Part shown: one piece after another, positions 1 to 13,068 of the stretch
Numbering within the stretch: the stretch's first letter is position 1
How the letters are laid out: every line of letters starts with the position of its first letter
Source: Lytechinus pictus
Taxonomy: Eukaryota
DNA: 64,000 nucleotides
Direction: 5' to 3'
NCBI RefSeq assembly: GCF_037042905.1
Contig: NC_087245.1
Span: 43,340,001 to 43,404,000, forward strand
The notes under the pieces: model-generated
The model's database searches: none
Seen by the model: the letters and a program-made list of their open reading frames with translations, nothing else
What the model was told of the DNA's origin: nothing
Translations under genes and position numbers: made by a program

Positions 1-133
1 GTGACATTTCATTTTCCTCAACCAGAGGGTTAGATGAGGAAAGCTCAGTGTCCTCATCTGTTATCTGGCCTGCTGTCATGTTGAGAGACTGAACCAGCAA
101 CCTACAATCCTTACCAGCTCCTTTACCATAAAC
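1..133 (-). CDS. MRNIP: MRN complex-interacting protein (C5orf45/MRNIP), coding exon 2 (partial, runs off window)
   Basis: Minus-strand acceptor atttcag| at 134-140, then VYGKGAGKDCRLLVQSLNMTAGQITDEDTELSS..., matching the MRNIP motif YGxGsGxDCRxxVQxLN; phase 0 with exon 1. Confidence 0.9.
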
Positions 134-447
134 CTGAAATATCAATCATCAAGAAAAGAACATGTGACAAAATTTGAAACGTACTTGTCTCAATCAGCCA
201 AATGTTTTCTCTTTCAAATGTGAATAATTTTTAGTGTATACAATCTTCGAATGTAAATGTTAATGCAAACATTGCACAATCAGTCTTCAGAGTGACTTTA
301 GACTACAGCATTGTATTCTTTGTATATATTTTACATGTACGTGTATATCTGATAAACCAAAATTGAATTGAATTGAATTGATCTGGCAAGAACTGGAGTG
401 TATATAGGAAACAGACATATGAAACTTAGTGTTGCCAGAACATTAAT

Positions 448-3378
448 AACTAGAGATGCTCAGCGGGTTGTGCGGCTGAGCACATGTATCCCCCGAACCC
501 ACCGCGTCATCCGTCATTGCAATATATAGAGCTCACACAGAAATTCGACAAATAAATACAACTATCATGGCGATAATGACCCTGCCCACATTTTGCCTGT
601 GGGTACCAAATTCGATGCCAATAATATGACGTAGCAGCGTGACTCTGGAACCAAATGTATTGTCCAGTATCACCTGTTGGGGAATACAATTATAGAGTAA
701 TCTGGATATATTTTGTAAACCTAACCCTAAGACCCCCAACCAAAAACGATAGGCATCTTCGCTTCACCTTCTAATACTGCTTCTGTGTGCCAACTGTTAT
801 GACAAAGTGGAAAAAAAACAGAAGTTACAGGTTTTACAAAATTTTCCACAAAAATATGGTTACCATGGCAACCATGTGTCCACCCACTCCAAAATCATAA
901 GGCGGCTTTGCTTTACTATAATGGATCTTCATGACAAATATGAAGATAATTGGAGAAGAAATGCAGCCAGTAGAGCACTCACAAGAAAATCTCTGCTATT
1001 TCTATAAAAACTCTTGTTCCCATGGCAACGATGTCTCCGCCCACACCAAAATCAATAGGCGGTTTTCCTTAATGGACCTTCGAGCCACATTTGAAGATGG
1101 TCAAAGAAGAAATGCAGCTAATAGAGCGCTCACAAGGACATCTCTGCTATTTCCTTACAAAATCGTTACCATGGCAACGAAGTCTCCGCCCACACCAAAA
1201 TCATTACGCGGCTTTGCTTTACCATATTGAACATGCCACATTTGAAGATGATCGGAGAAGAAATGCAGTTGGTAGAGCACTCACAAGGACATCTCTTTAA
1301 TTTCCACAAAAACTCTTGTTACAATGGCAACGATGTCTCTGCCCACAGCAAAATCAATAGGCGGCTTTGCTTTACTATAATAGACCTTCAAGCCACATTC
1401 AAAGATGATCGGAGAAGAAATGCAGCTGGTAGAGCGCTCACAAGGACATCTCTTTAATTTCCACAAAAACTCTTGTTACAATGGCAACGGTGTCTCCGCC
1501 CACACCAAAATCAATAGGTGGCTTTGCTTAACCATAATGGACCTTCATGCCACATTTGAAGATGATCGGAAAACAAATGCAGCTAGTAGAGCGCTCACAA
1601 GGACATCTCTGCTATTCCACATAAACTCTTGTTACCAAGGCAATGATGTCTCCGCCCACACCAATATCAATAGGCGGCTTCACTTTACTATAATAGACCT
1701 TCATGCCACATTCAAAGATGATCGGAGAAGAAATGCAGCTAGTAGAGCGCTCACAAGGACATCTCTGCTATTCCACAAAAACTCGTTACCATGGCAACGA
1801 TATCTCCGCCCACACCAAAATCTATAGGTGGCTTCGCTTTACCATAATGGACCATCATGCCACATTTGAAAATGATCGGAGAGGAAATGCAGCTGGTAGA
1901 GCGCTCACAAGGACATCTCTGCTATTTCTATAAAAACTCTTGTTCCCATGGCAACGATGTCTCCGCCCACACCAAAATCAATAGGTGGCTTTGCTTAACC
2001 ATAATGGACCTTCATGCCACATTTGAAGATGATCGGAGAAGAAATGCAGCTGGTAGAGCGCTCACAAGGACATCTCTGCTATTCCACAAAAACTCTTGTT
2101 ACCATAGCAACGATGTCTCCGCCCACAGCAAAATCAATAGGCGGCTTTGCTTTACTATAATAGACCTTCATGCCACATTCAAAGATGATCGGAGAAGAAA
2201 TGCAGCTAGTAGAGCGCTCACAAGGACATCTCTGCTATTCCACAAAAACTCGTTACCATGGCAACGATATCTCCGCCCACACCAAAATCTATAGGTGGCT
2301 TCGCTTTACCATAATGGACCATCATGCCACATTTGAAAATGATCGGAGAGGAAATGCAGCTGGTAGAGCGCTCACAAGGACATCTCTGCTATTTCTATAA
2401 AAACTCTTGTTCCCATGGCAACGATGTCTCCGCCCACACCAAAATCAATAGGCGGTTTTCCTTAATGGACCTTCGAGCCACATTTGAAGATGATCAAAGA
2501 AGAAATGCAGCTAATAGAGCGCTCACAAGGACATCTCTGCTATTTCCTTAGAAAACTCGTTACCATGGCAACGAAGTCTCTGCCCACACCAAAATCATTA
2601 CGCGGCTTTGCTTTACCACAATGGACCTTCGTGCCACATTTGAAGATTATCGGAGAACAAATGCAGCTGGTAGAGCGCTCACAAGGACATCTCTGCTATT
2701 CCACAAAAACTCTTGTTACCATAGCAACGATGTCTCCGCCCACAGCAAAATCAATAGGCGGCTTTGCTTTACTATAATGGACCTTCAAGCCACATTCAAA
2801 GATGATCGGAGAAGAAATGCAGATGGTAGAGCGCTCACAAGGACATCTCTTTAATTTCCACAAAAACTCTTGTTACCATGGCAACGATGTCTCCGCCCAC
2901 ACCAAAATCAATAGGTGGCTTTGCTTAATCATAATGGACCTTCATGCCACATTTGAAGATGATCAGAGAAGAAATGCAGCTAGTAGAGCACTCTCAAGGA
3001 CATCTCTGCTATTCCACAAAAACTTGTTACCATGGCAACGATATCTCCGCCAACACCAAAATCTATAGGCGGCTTCGCTTTACCATAATGGACCATCATG
3101 CCACATTTGAAAATGATCGGAGAGGAAATGCAGCTGGTAGAGCGCTCACAAGGACATCTCTGCTATTTCCACAAAAACTCTTGTTACCGTGGCAACGATG
3201 TCTCCGCCCACACCAAAATCAATAGGCGGCTTTGCTACACCATACTTGACCTTCATGCGAAATTTGAGGATGATCGGAGAAGAAATGCAGCTGATAGAGC
3301 GCTCACAAGGAAATCTCTGCGGCGGCGGCGGACGCGGCGCAACGAGGCCAAATCCATAGTGTCCTCCGAACTCTGTTA
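448..3378 (+). mobile_element. Non-autonomous Helentron-like (HINE/pearl-type) element carrying a ~156-bp tandem array; 3' terminal hairpin truncated
   Basis: 5' end AACTAGAG plus hairpin TGCTCAGC..GCTGAGCA; subterminal motif tgtatcccccgaac (485-498) recurs as tgtcctccgaac near 3360; (GGC)n microsatellite at ~3320 after the array. Same layout as the 4478-5842 element. Confidence 0.65.
830..3320. repeat. Tandem satellite, ~156-bp monomer, ~16 copies, with a 467-bp (3-mer) higher-order repeat
   Basis: aatgcagctggtagagcgctcacaaggacatctct recurs every ~155-157 bp; ORF track shows identical translations offset by 467 bp (1703 vs 2170; N-termini at 1857 vs 2324). Confidence 0.95.
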
Positions 3379-3678
3379 CAATAATAATAATAATTGGCAT
3401 TGATATAGCGCTTTATCAATCTACAACTGCTCAAAGTGCTTCACAATTATTATTACCCGGTCACTGGATTCATAGCATTTCAAGCAGCCTGTTAGGCGCA
3501 TGCTTGCTAAACCAACCACAATGACGGTTGTTTCCTACTGGTACCCAATTAGCACCTGGGTGAGAAGGGCAAAGTGTGGATTGACGCCTTGCTAAAGGAC
3601 GCTAGGCCATGGTGGGATTTGAACACACGACCCTCTGATTACAAGGCGAGAGTAACAGCGCTACACCACGGCGCTTCC
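3379..3678 (-). mobile_element. tRNA-derived SINE with L2-type 3' tail
   Basis: Reverse strand shows A-box-like TGGTGTAGCG, B-box GTTCAAATCC, central CACCCAGGTGCTAATTGGGTACC block, and AAGCGCTATATCAAT..(ATT)n tail. Confidence 0.85.
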
Positions 3679-4477
3679 ACATTCTGGTTATATTAGAAAA
3701 GTGTTTAAAGTACACACCCGAAGAATCAAAAGTATTTTATAATGACTTTTTGTAGTCATCATGATACAGGGGAAGTATTACTATTCAGATAATAACTTCA
3801 TTTTTTCAAAATAGTGATTAGTTTGTACAAATCAGCTCTCAAAAATGATTTATTTTCATGCCGTATTTCTGCATTTATTGGTCCTCCGGCGAGCTCCAGC
3901 TGAGCGATTTGAAAAATTCCAAGTTGTCTCTCATTTTGGTGTGACGAGTCACATAGCTTTATTCCATCAAATTTCGAGCAGGATCTAGTTTGTGTAATAG
4001 TCCATAGACATCGGTTTATTTTAATAGTCAGTAAAGGGTCTGTGAGTCAAGGCTAGTCGAACTATCGGCCGATACGTTGAAATCCCTCTTCCGGTATCGA
4101 TGGTTCTCGCTAGCATAGCGGGATCGGGAAAGAGGTCTTGACTGCAAATAAAACGAGGTGAGTTCGAGTCCCAACTATGGTGCCAACAGTAAAAAAATGA
4201 TAGAAAATCTTAAGTGAACGAACTGGAAGTCTCAACAATCTTCTGTTTTTCTTCTTCTTGAAACAGTACAGGCCACCGTCTGGTGTATTGTCGTACTGGT
4301 GACGTGCAGCTTGCAAGTTAGACAGCTGGCAGCCGTCTGTTTCGAGGAGTTTTTTAACATTTTTTTTTTTCATTTCTCCTCATATACACAGACGGCTTGC
4401 TATCGTGCAGCCACCATAATAACAATGCATAATCTCCCCTCCCCGACAGGCTTCATTGATTTTTGTCTTTATTTCAT

Positions 4478-5842
4478 AACAAGAGGAATGCCTGTGGCGG
4501 TCTCACCTGCATCATGCGATTCAATATAGCAGCAGTGCTGACTTTGAAAACTACTATAAAATAATTATTGCCAAAAAACACCATTAATATAATGATACAA
4601 TACTACGTTCATTGATATTTGACCTTGATCATGTGACCTAAAACTTGTCAGTGATACTTGATTACCCCAATATCCACATTTTATACACTATATCTATAGA
4701 CTTTGAAAGTTATGACAGCAATCTAATAATCATCTCTAAAATGGCCAAAGTTCAACGACCTTAAATGACCTTTGACTTTCGTCATGTGACCTGAAACTCG
4801 CATGAGATGTTCAGTGATACTTGATGACTCTTATGTCCACGTTTTATGAACTAGACCAATACACTTACACGGATATGATGGTAATTCAACAAATACCCCC
4901 AACATGGCCAAAGTTCATTGACCTTAAATGACCTATGACCTTGGTCATGTGACCTGAAACTCGAACGGGATGTTAAAAGATATTTGATTACTCTTATGTC
5001 CAAGTTTTATGAATCAGATCCATAAACTTTCAAAGTTATGATGGTAATTCAACAGATAGCCCCAACATGGCCAAAGTTCATTGACCTTTGAACTTGGTCA
5101 AAAAAAAGTTTTTAAAAATGACCTTAAATGACCTTTGGCTTTCGTCATGTGACATGAAATTCGCACAGGATGTTCAGTAATACTTGATTACTCTTATGTC
5201 CATGTTTTATGAACTAGACCAATAAACTTTCAAAGTTATGATGGTAATTCAACAAATACCCCCAATTTGGCCAAAGTTCATTGACCCTAAATGACCTTTG
5301 ACCTTTAATCATGTGACTCGAAACTTGCACATGATGTTCAGTGATACTTGATTACTATTATGTCAAAGTTTCATGAATCAGATCCATAAGCTTTCTAAGT
5401 TATAATGGTAATTCAACAGATACCCCCAATTTGGCCAAAGTTCATTGACCCTAAATGACCTTTGACCTTGGTCATGTGACATGAAACTCAAGCAGGATGT
5501 TCAGTCATACTTGATTAACCTTATGTCCAAGTTTCATGAACTAGGTCCATATATTTTTTAAGTTATGACATTTCAAAAACTTAACCTTAGGTTAAGATTT
5601 TGATGTTGATTCCCCCAACATGGTCTAAGTTCATTGACCCTAAATGACCTTTGACCTTGGTCATGTGACCTGAAACTCAGATAGAATGTTCAGTTATAAG
5701 TTTGATGAAATAGGTCTATAAACTTTCTAAGTTATGCTGTCATTTCAGAAACTTAACCTTAGGTTAAGATTTGGTGTTGACGCCGCCGCCGTCGGAAAGG
5801 CGGCGCCTATAGTCTCACTCTGCTATGCAGGTGAGACAAAAA
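4478..5842 (+). mobile_element. Non-autonomous Helentron-like element with ~163-bp GACCTTTGACC-containing tandem core
   Basis: AACAAGAG 5' end; subterminal inverted repeat GTCTCACCTGCAT (4500-4512) / ATGCAGGTGAGAC (5825-5837); 3' hairpin and (GCC)n; second copy at 45785-47284. Confidence 0.8.
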
Positions 5843-5943
5843 TTATTTCCCATACTAAAATTTAATACGTGATTATAGATAATTAGTATAATACTACTAA
5901 TTATTTATAATCACGTATTAAATTTTAGTATTTGTGAAATAAT
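5842..5943. repeat. ~100-bp AT-rich near-perfect inverted repeat
   Basis: atactaaaatttaatacgtgattatagataattagta pairs with tactaattatttataatcacgtattaaattttagtat. Confidence 0.85.
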
Positions 5944-7559
5944 AATTTTTATCTATAAATTGTTCTTCAAGACGGCATCGCTAATCAGATGCAGGTTATA
6001 GAGAAGCGGATCAAGGGTCAGGATGTATTGTATTTGCTTTGTTGACAAACGAATTGAGGGATCTACAGGAAAACGGTCTGTATACCATTTATAGTGACAT
6101 AATTTTTATCCCTATATACGCATTAGGCGCATGAAGGTTCATAGATATATAAAATTAACCCCTACAACTGATTTCACCCTCTAACTATGGATTTCCTATT
6201 GTTTTACATGAGTCTCTTATACATACTCCATGATGAAGAAGTTATGTCAAAATATTTAAAAAAACATCATCATGGAGTCCTCAAGACTACATTTAATTGA
6301 GTCCCTGTACGGATCGAGCTAGAACTTCGGTCTCTAGCTGTATTTGGTGAGTGGAGCCAACAGAGTTCAGCGGAACAACCAACCCCGGTGGAGTCACTCA
6401 ATGTGACTTGGGGACCGCATGACCATTAGCAAAATCGCGGGAAATGGGGTCAATTTCATGGAACGTCCGCGGACAGAACACTCCTCGAAGAAATGAAAAT
6501 AGGGGTGCTCACCGTCCTCGATCTGATGGAAATAGGGGTTAGGAAAAAGGGGAGAAACACGGTCACAGGAAGAAAAATCCCCGAAACTGTCGCAGATGCA
6601 CCAGCCGCAGAGGGCGCACTCATATCGATGTATTTAACCTTGATATAACAAGGTTTCAATATAAAGAGGTAATTTCTCTGGTCCCAAAGACCTCATTACA
6701 ACCAGGTTCAACTGTATTTGGTATTTGGTCATGGTCTGACAAAATGCTCCTTTTAATTTAACTGATCATGCTCTGTATCTTTATGTGGACAACTCTACAT
6801 TTATTTTTACAAAGAATTCTACTTTTTCTTAATTTTCAAGAAAAATGACAAGTTCTTTTGGATTATTGTATCAGTATGACATGGCTCTTGGTCATCTTTA
6901 AGGACTGAGCACTCTGATGCCTGTGTTGCAATCTCCTCTGAGGAAAGGGTATAAATGCCCTGTCTTTGAAATATGGTAAATAGGGGCAAGTTTGCAAAAA
7001 TGGGCGAAAGTGTCCTTACAATCTTGTAATTAGGGGTGTAATTTTCAAGGTACCATTTTGCCGCCATTTTGTCCTTGTTTTGCGTGAAAATAGGGGGGTA
7101 AATTTCACAAAATGTCCTTGAAATTGACGGCAATAGGGGGTTACTTGCATTTGTGGTAACGGTCATACGCGTCCCCCTCTGCGGGTGAGTGACCCCACTG
7201 GGCAACCAACATAACAGAGACCAAAGCTTTTGTTTCGGTCTACGACGTGCAAATGTATGTCATTATCCGATAAAAATTGCTTACAGTTATAGCGCGCAAT
7301 TAAAAACAAATTTCTGTTTCTGGTAGGGGGGGCATATGGAACTCTTTCCTAATGTTTCGCCATTTCCCTATCGTCCAAAGGTGAAAATTTGTGTTTTTTC
7401 CATATTTTGAACTGAATTATATTAGGAAAACACAAAATATTTGGTACCCAATTTTTTAAGTAAAGTCTAGTCTCTAGACTAGAGATCTACTTGTTTATTT
7501 TACTTTTTAGTTCTCATCATGAGAACTAAAATAAACAAGTAGTAGACTCATGTACTTAG

Positions 7560-9199
7560 TAGGGTGTCTGAAGCCACAATGAAAAGTGTCAGCTTAAGGA
7601 CGTTCAACAGTTATGTTTGTGCGCATTATGATCTGCGCATAGTTTACACTCTGCGCGCTGACGTCACAATGGATGAACAGGTGATTAATTAGCTGCGGGT
7701 ATGAGCTGGTTTTTCTCATCTTCTGCACTTTAACTGCAGATCTGATACGTTATTTCATGAAGCTAAAAAATTGAATTATTCCATGGACCATTCAAAAAAA
7801 TTATCTACAATTTCAAAATACTTTACTCTGCAGTGCTGCCAAGAATCACGAATATTACCCCGAGTTTGAATAAATGGTAGAGTGGTTTTGATTTTTTCAT
7901 CACATAGATACAAGGCATTCGGCGCATTTTTGGTGTTTTAAAAAGCACATTTGCTCTAATAAAAATGCTGATAGTTTAAAAACAAGCACATGAACCCCTA
8001 TTTTTTAATGTTTGTACCTCTTAGATATACCCTCCTCTACAACTCTGCAAATTTTGGTGAAAATGACATGGATTTTAAATAAAGTGCAGCATTTGTTGTA
8101 CGTTTGTAGTTTGTGGCTGAAATTTTACATTTTTTAGATTGGGATTTTGTTATCTTTTACGCCATTTTAAAGAACTGACAGTGCTGTTCAACTTAAAATT
8201 GCAAACAAATAGCACTTTAAATAGATTCTCTATTCTAACGATACAACTATTAACTCTCTCGCGAAATTTGATGACTTTTTCATGTATTTTGACTGAGTAA
8301 TACAGGTTTAAACTCATTGTAGTAAACTTGGGCGGTCTAAAAATGCCCAATTCTTTAGAATGCGCAATTCTAAAGAACATCAATTTGGGTGAACTTTGAA
8401 GCTCTATAGCAAAAAATCAAGCACATGGACCTATGTTAATTTTTGCATATTTCGAATATTAAGGTTCTTAATTATCTATGTGCAAAGTTTGGAGAAAATG
8501 ACATGGATTTCACTTTAACTGTGGAACGTCCTTAAAACAGGCTGATTTAGGGGAAAATATCATTATGGCACATTTTTTCTGGAAATTCAGGCTGCTATAA
8601 AAATGTGATCTGAATTAATTATTAACTTGTGTTTGGCATGTATGGAAAGAGAAAATTCAGGGGCTTCTTTTGACAGTAAGGACAAGTTTATAGGATTATT
8701 TGAAATGAGGATTTAGAGATAAATTGCAAACCCTTATTTGTGTGTGTGTTGAGATTGCCATTTGCCCATGCGTTTTCTATGGGAAAATGAAATTTTTGTT
8801 TTGCACAATTTTTTTCACTTTGTCGCAATTTTTCATAGTGATCTGGTTTCCAAATCTTTATAAAAATCATACCATCAGATAGAGCATAAAAATTCCTATT
8901 AGGCACTGTATGGAGTTTTTGGCATTAATAATGAATTTATAACAGCTCTCGGAAGCTAAAAATTTGGATTTGTGTGTGTCCATTTCTTAACTAGGCCTAC
9001 AGTCTATAGGAGTATAGGCCTAGCAGGGAAATGCTGAAAATTTACCTAATTTCATTCTTCTTTTTTGCAGCCAATAATTGGATTTTTAAAAAAAAATGTT
9101 ATATTTCTGTCAGTCTGATGGTTATTTCTCTTCAAATTCACAAAGAAAATGTGATATTTTTTTTAAATAATAATTTCTTTTTTTTCTCCAGACACCCTA
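7560..9199. mobile_element. Non-autonomous TIR DNA transposon with 7-bp target-site duplication
   Basis: TIR TAGGGTGTCTG...CAGACACCCTA; TACTTAG duplicated at 7553-7559 and 9200-9206. Confidence 0.8.
7598..8531. mobile_element. Kolobok-like non-autonomous element nested in the 7560-9199 element
   Basis: TTAA on both sides (7594-7597, 8532-8535); TIR GGACGTTCAACAGTTA / TAACTGTGGAACGTCC; RR termini with TTAA TSD fit Kolobok. Confidence 0.8.
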
Positions 9200-9528
9200 T
9201 ACTTAGTCTAGAGTTAGATGCCCTAACTCCCAAGGAAGATCAGACTCTACACTTAATCAGGTTTTAAAATTTAAGTTAAAAAATGGCAAAAAACACATTT
9301 TCTGCCATTCTTTGGCAGAAAATCGCGCTTTGCTGGAATTTGGAAATTTGCATCGGCTGTATCTCAGTAACCATTGCCACTCACTGGTCAGATTTTTACC
9401 ATCCATCTTGGTGTTATTTTAAATCATTTTCAAAGAATCAAAGGCCTTTTCGCTGGCCATCTTGAACATCTGAATAAGATCATTTGAAATTTTAGGTTGA
9501 CATCCCTATTATTAGTAGATTCAAGTAC

Positions 9529-9648
9529 CTTTCTGACAGACTGCTTTTCTCCACACATCTTGCATTGCCACTTCGGTTTCTTCTTCACTTGATGGACCTG
9601 AAATACCAGACAGGCAAAGCACCGAATGACGTGAAAATCTTGAGGCAT
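9529..9648 (-). CDS. MRNIP: MRNIP coding exon 1 (N-terminal CxxC...CxxC zinc ribbon)
   Basis: [40 protein letters not shown] then GT donor (AAG|gtactt); closely resembles the human MRNIP N-terminus (VLRCCSCRLFQAHQVKKSVKWTCKACGEKQS). Confidence 0.92.
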
Positions 9649-10737
9649 GTTCGTTTTAAAGTCAAGATGTGTGAGTTCTAATTCGAAGATCTAACGATAC
9701 CGTATGTATCATTTGTATGGCCTAATCTGAGGCCTGACGCTTTGGAATTGCCAGTTTTTGGGAGCCTGGACTAACACCGTCAAGATCATCAGGCATGCAA
9801 TCGACAGCTCGAGCACGTGGATTTTTCATAACAACGGCCGACGTCCGCCGAGGCTAAGAGGCGGCCAGCTAGAGCAGCTGAGCCGTCTCGGACCCATGCA
9901 ATAACGAATTCTCGATTCAGCCCTCGCGCTCATTGAATACCGTAGTCTGCATATAAATTTGGCAGACAGGTTTAGCTGAAAGACGTTGAGATATGACAGA
10001 CACTATCTAACTTTGATAAAGTTTCGGTAGATTTGTTTGCTCATGCTAGGGCCTAGCCTTTGGAATTCTCTCCCACAGAGGCTGAAAACCCAGTGACAAA
10101 TCTCATGAATTATTATTAATTATTTTGTTACATTTTCCCTTCCGAAGTGTAGTTTGGTCGCAATTTAAAGACTAATAAAATAGTGACAATTCTATGCGGT
10201 GCCGCATGCGCTATATCAACACGGGTAATTAAAAAAAAAAATCGGGAGTAGGCCTTTTCATAAAACGGACATGGCAGCGAGGACATCCCCCGCCCTCACA
10301 CACTAACACAATTTATGTTATCTTTTTTTCAGTGAGAGAGAATAATATTAAAAATGAAAAAAAAAGATGAGTTGGCTAAGTGCTAGGTACAATGCCTATA
10401 TACGCCCTCTACATGTATACTTTGATGAGCCGTAAGCCATAAATAATAATATTGGCGGCGTAGGCCCCCCTATTAAAAAAGACGGGTATAAGATGAGAAA
10501 AGGAACGAGTGGAAAAGAAGATTTAAAAAACAGACAGCGAATGATCGAATTGGCTGTTAAAAATAGAAAAAAGATGACAAACATTATCACATCGCGCTTT
10601 GATCGAGCTCACAGTAGAGGAAGCTAAACATATATAAAATCATAATTATTTTCAGTATTTTTTTTTTACATGCATGGTTACTGAATAAATGGGGGCCACC
10701 GGAGCCTTTCCTCCAACTAATAGCCTCTATAAATAAC

Positions 10738-11030
10738 CGCTGGCGGATCAAGGGGGGCACAGCCGCCCCCCCCCCCTCCCCTTTGAGAAGCAAAATTAAA
10801 ATTTGTAATGTAAAAATGGCATTAAAACAGAAGTGTGCCCCCCCCCCCTCCTTGAAAATGAAGACCTTTTTTTTGCCTGTCAAAATTTTTCAGGGACGAA
10901 ATATCATTAATGTTTTTGGTTATAAACCTTTCTTTTTTCTCTTTTTTTTTTGCTTGTCAAATTTATCCTCGGAAAAATGTGCCCCGGGCCCCCCCCCCCC
11001 CCCATTTTTGAAAATCCTGGATCCGCCCCT
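10738..11030. mobile_element. Short MITE with GGCGGATC-type ends and G/C runs
   Basis: ggcggatcaagggggg ... cctggatccgcccct inverted ends; no TSD resolved. Confidence 0.5.
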
Positions 11031-11738
11031 ATGCCTCTAACAACTGTAGCCCAGGTTATATTTAAAATCACAAGAAAGGTCAGACTGATAAATGGGCTTC
11101 ACTTGATTGAAGGAAAACACCCACTGCCTTTTTTTGTCTGTATATATGCAAAACTAGCGGACAGAAGCTCCTCGATCGCTGCAGGAAAAAAGAGAGATTG
11201 ACCTACATTTTTAAGCCGACCCCTAACGGGCCCCAAACTATAATATAAACTCCTAAAAAAAGTTTGGAAATCTGACTTTGATCGATAATCCCTCCTCAGT
11301 TTTAGTAAATCGTCATGTGTCATTGATATCAATAAATATATCTTTCAAATAACACCCTACATGATATGATTGTGGTTCACAAGTCATGGAGGTGCAGTGC
11401 TTTGAAATGTGGGGCAAGGTCAATTTTCAAAGTTGCAAAATTATACAATATTGAAAGTCACTGTTCTTATTATCCGCGGGTTTGAATTGAATGGATTTTC
11501 ATTTCTATTGATACAGAGAAAAGAATCATGTTCTTTTATGACCCTAATTCATGACTATATATCTGCTCGGATTCGTTTGGCAGGTTTTCAATTCAGACCT
11601 CATCCAACACTTTTGAATCCTTCTCTTTTATTGATGGCATGACATGGTATCATTTTAAAGAGAATTAAAAATATGCATTGTGTAAAATTGGGAGTTGGGA
11701 GTAATTAATGGCCGAACTCAGATTTCCAAACTTTTTAG

Positions 11739-11739
<1 letters not shown>

Positions 11740-11771
<32 letters not shown>
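11740..11771. repeat. (TA)n microsatellite
   Basis: Direct inspection. Confidence 0.95.
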
Positions 11772-11774
<3 letters not shown>

Positions 11775-12339
11775 ATATGGTATTTATTCACTGGCAAAAC
11801 AGTCCAAAGACTGAAAAATCCAGTGCACAGTATAAACAAAGGCAAAGTACAATAATTATAAAGATGTAATATAAGCAAAAAAATTACAACCAACCGATAA
11901 TCATAAAAGATATACCAAGAAAAAAAAACACTTTAAAAAGTAACATATTGATCATGCAATGAAGCATGTACAAAGTTAACGTCAAGAAGTGTGAAGGTGT
12001 AATTCGAACAGAACGCAACTATATAGGGCATTAAATGCTATATATGTATAACCATGTAATACGGGGACAAAAAGGGGGAAAAAAGAAGAGAGAGAGAGAG
12101 ATAGTGAGAGGAAATCAATATTACGGGAAACAAATATAAAAAAGCAAATGAGAAAAGGAAGAGAAAGAAAGAATGAGATATTGAGAGGATGAGATAGGAT
12201 GAATGAGTGGAAAAGGGAAGAGAGTGGATGGAAAGAGACAGAAAGGAAAGGTAAAGGGAAAATATGGAATAGAAGACCAACAGAAAGGGGAGAGTAAGAA
12301 AAATAGGAGGAAAATATGGACGCAAAGCTGGTTTTAACC

Positions 12340-12503
12340 TAACCCCATGTCGAGGCCCTGGAGGCTGCTTCCCGAGCGAAGCGAGGGATTTCCTAATTCG
12401 CGAAGCGAATTAGGCCTGCCTCGCGGCGCTCTGCTTCGCTATATATCCCTTGCTCCGCCATGTTCGCTCGGAAAGCAGCCGACAGGGCCTCGACAAGAGG
12501 CTA
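12340..12503. mobile_element. 164-bp MITE with 9-bp TSD (Academ/AcademH-like or MULE-like)
   Basis: GTTTTAACC at 12331-12339 and 12504-12512; ~40-bp TIR taaccccatgtcgaggccctg..gctgcttcccgagcgaa / ttcgctcggaaagcagcc..cagggcctcgacaagaggcta. Confidence 0.8.
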
Positions 12504-13068
12504 GTTTTAACCTTGTAAAGATATAGCAGAAAGAGATGTAAAATTACCAAGAATAAGTCAACGAAGAGAAAAAAGGTGAGATGTGTGGTCGATGAGATAA
12601 TGGCAAGAAAGATGGGCATTGGCACGAATTACAATTTAGTATATACATACATTAGAGTTAACTGTTACATTCATTTGATCTAAAATTAGTAAGTGCAAAT
12701 CACCGGATTGCCGGGGGATAAAAACCAGTTCAGAGAACATTACAATTTCAAATATAACTAGGTAAAATATGGCAGTAACAAGCTTTGAATATTGCACAAA
12801 ATCAAAATGACAGTGAGCTCATTTACTCGCTTGAGGTAAAGTAAAAGAGGAAAGTAAAGAAAGAAGGGGATAAGAAAGGAAAAAAAAGGAAAATCAGAAA
12901 AGGGAAAACAATAGGAAAGTAAGAAAGTAAGAAATAAAGGAATTGAGCAAGGTTTGTGATAATGTAAAAGATACAACAAAATCATTGTGAATTCAATACA
13001 GATACAATGTGTGGTATAGATCGCGGATTGTTTATATCTTCGAGTTCTGCAAAAAAAGGTATATCCAC

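Noticed and set aside
807..3403. Cluster of repetitive ORFs, and a possible CRISPR-like array
   Set aside because: Translations of a 156-bp satellite in shifting frames; whole units repeat with no unique spacers, no cas genes, and the context is eukaryotic.
12038..12985. Hydrophobic F/L/S-rich ORFs resembling membrane proteins
   Set aside because: Translations of purine/pyrimidine-biased low-complexity tracts, probably retroelement UTR relics.
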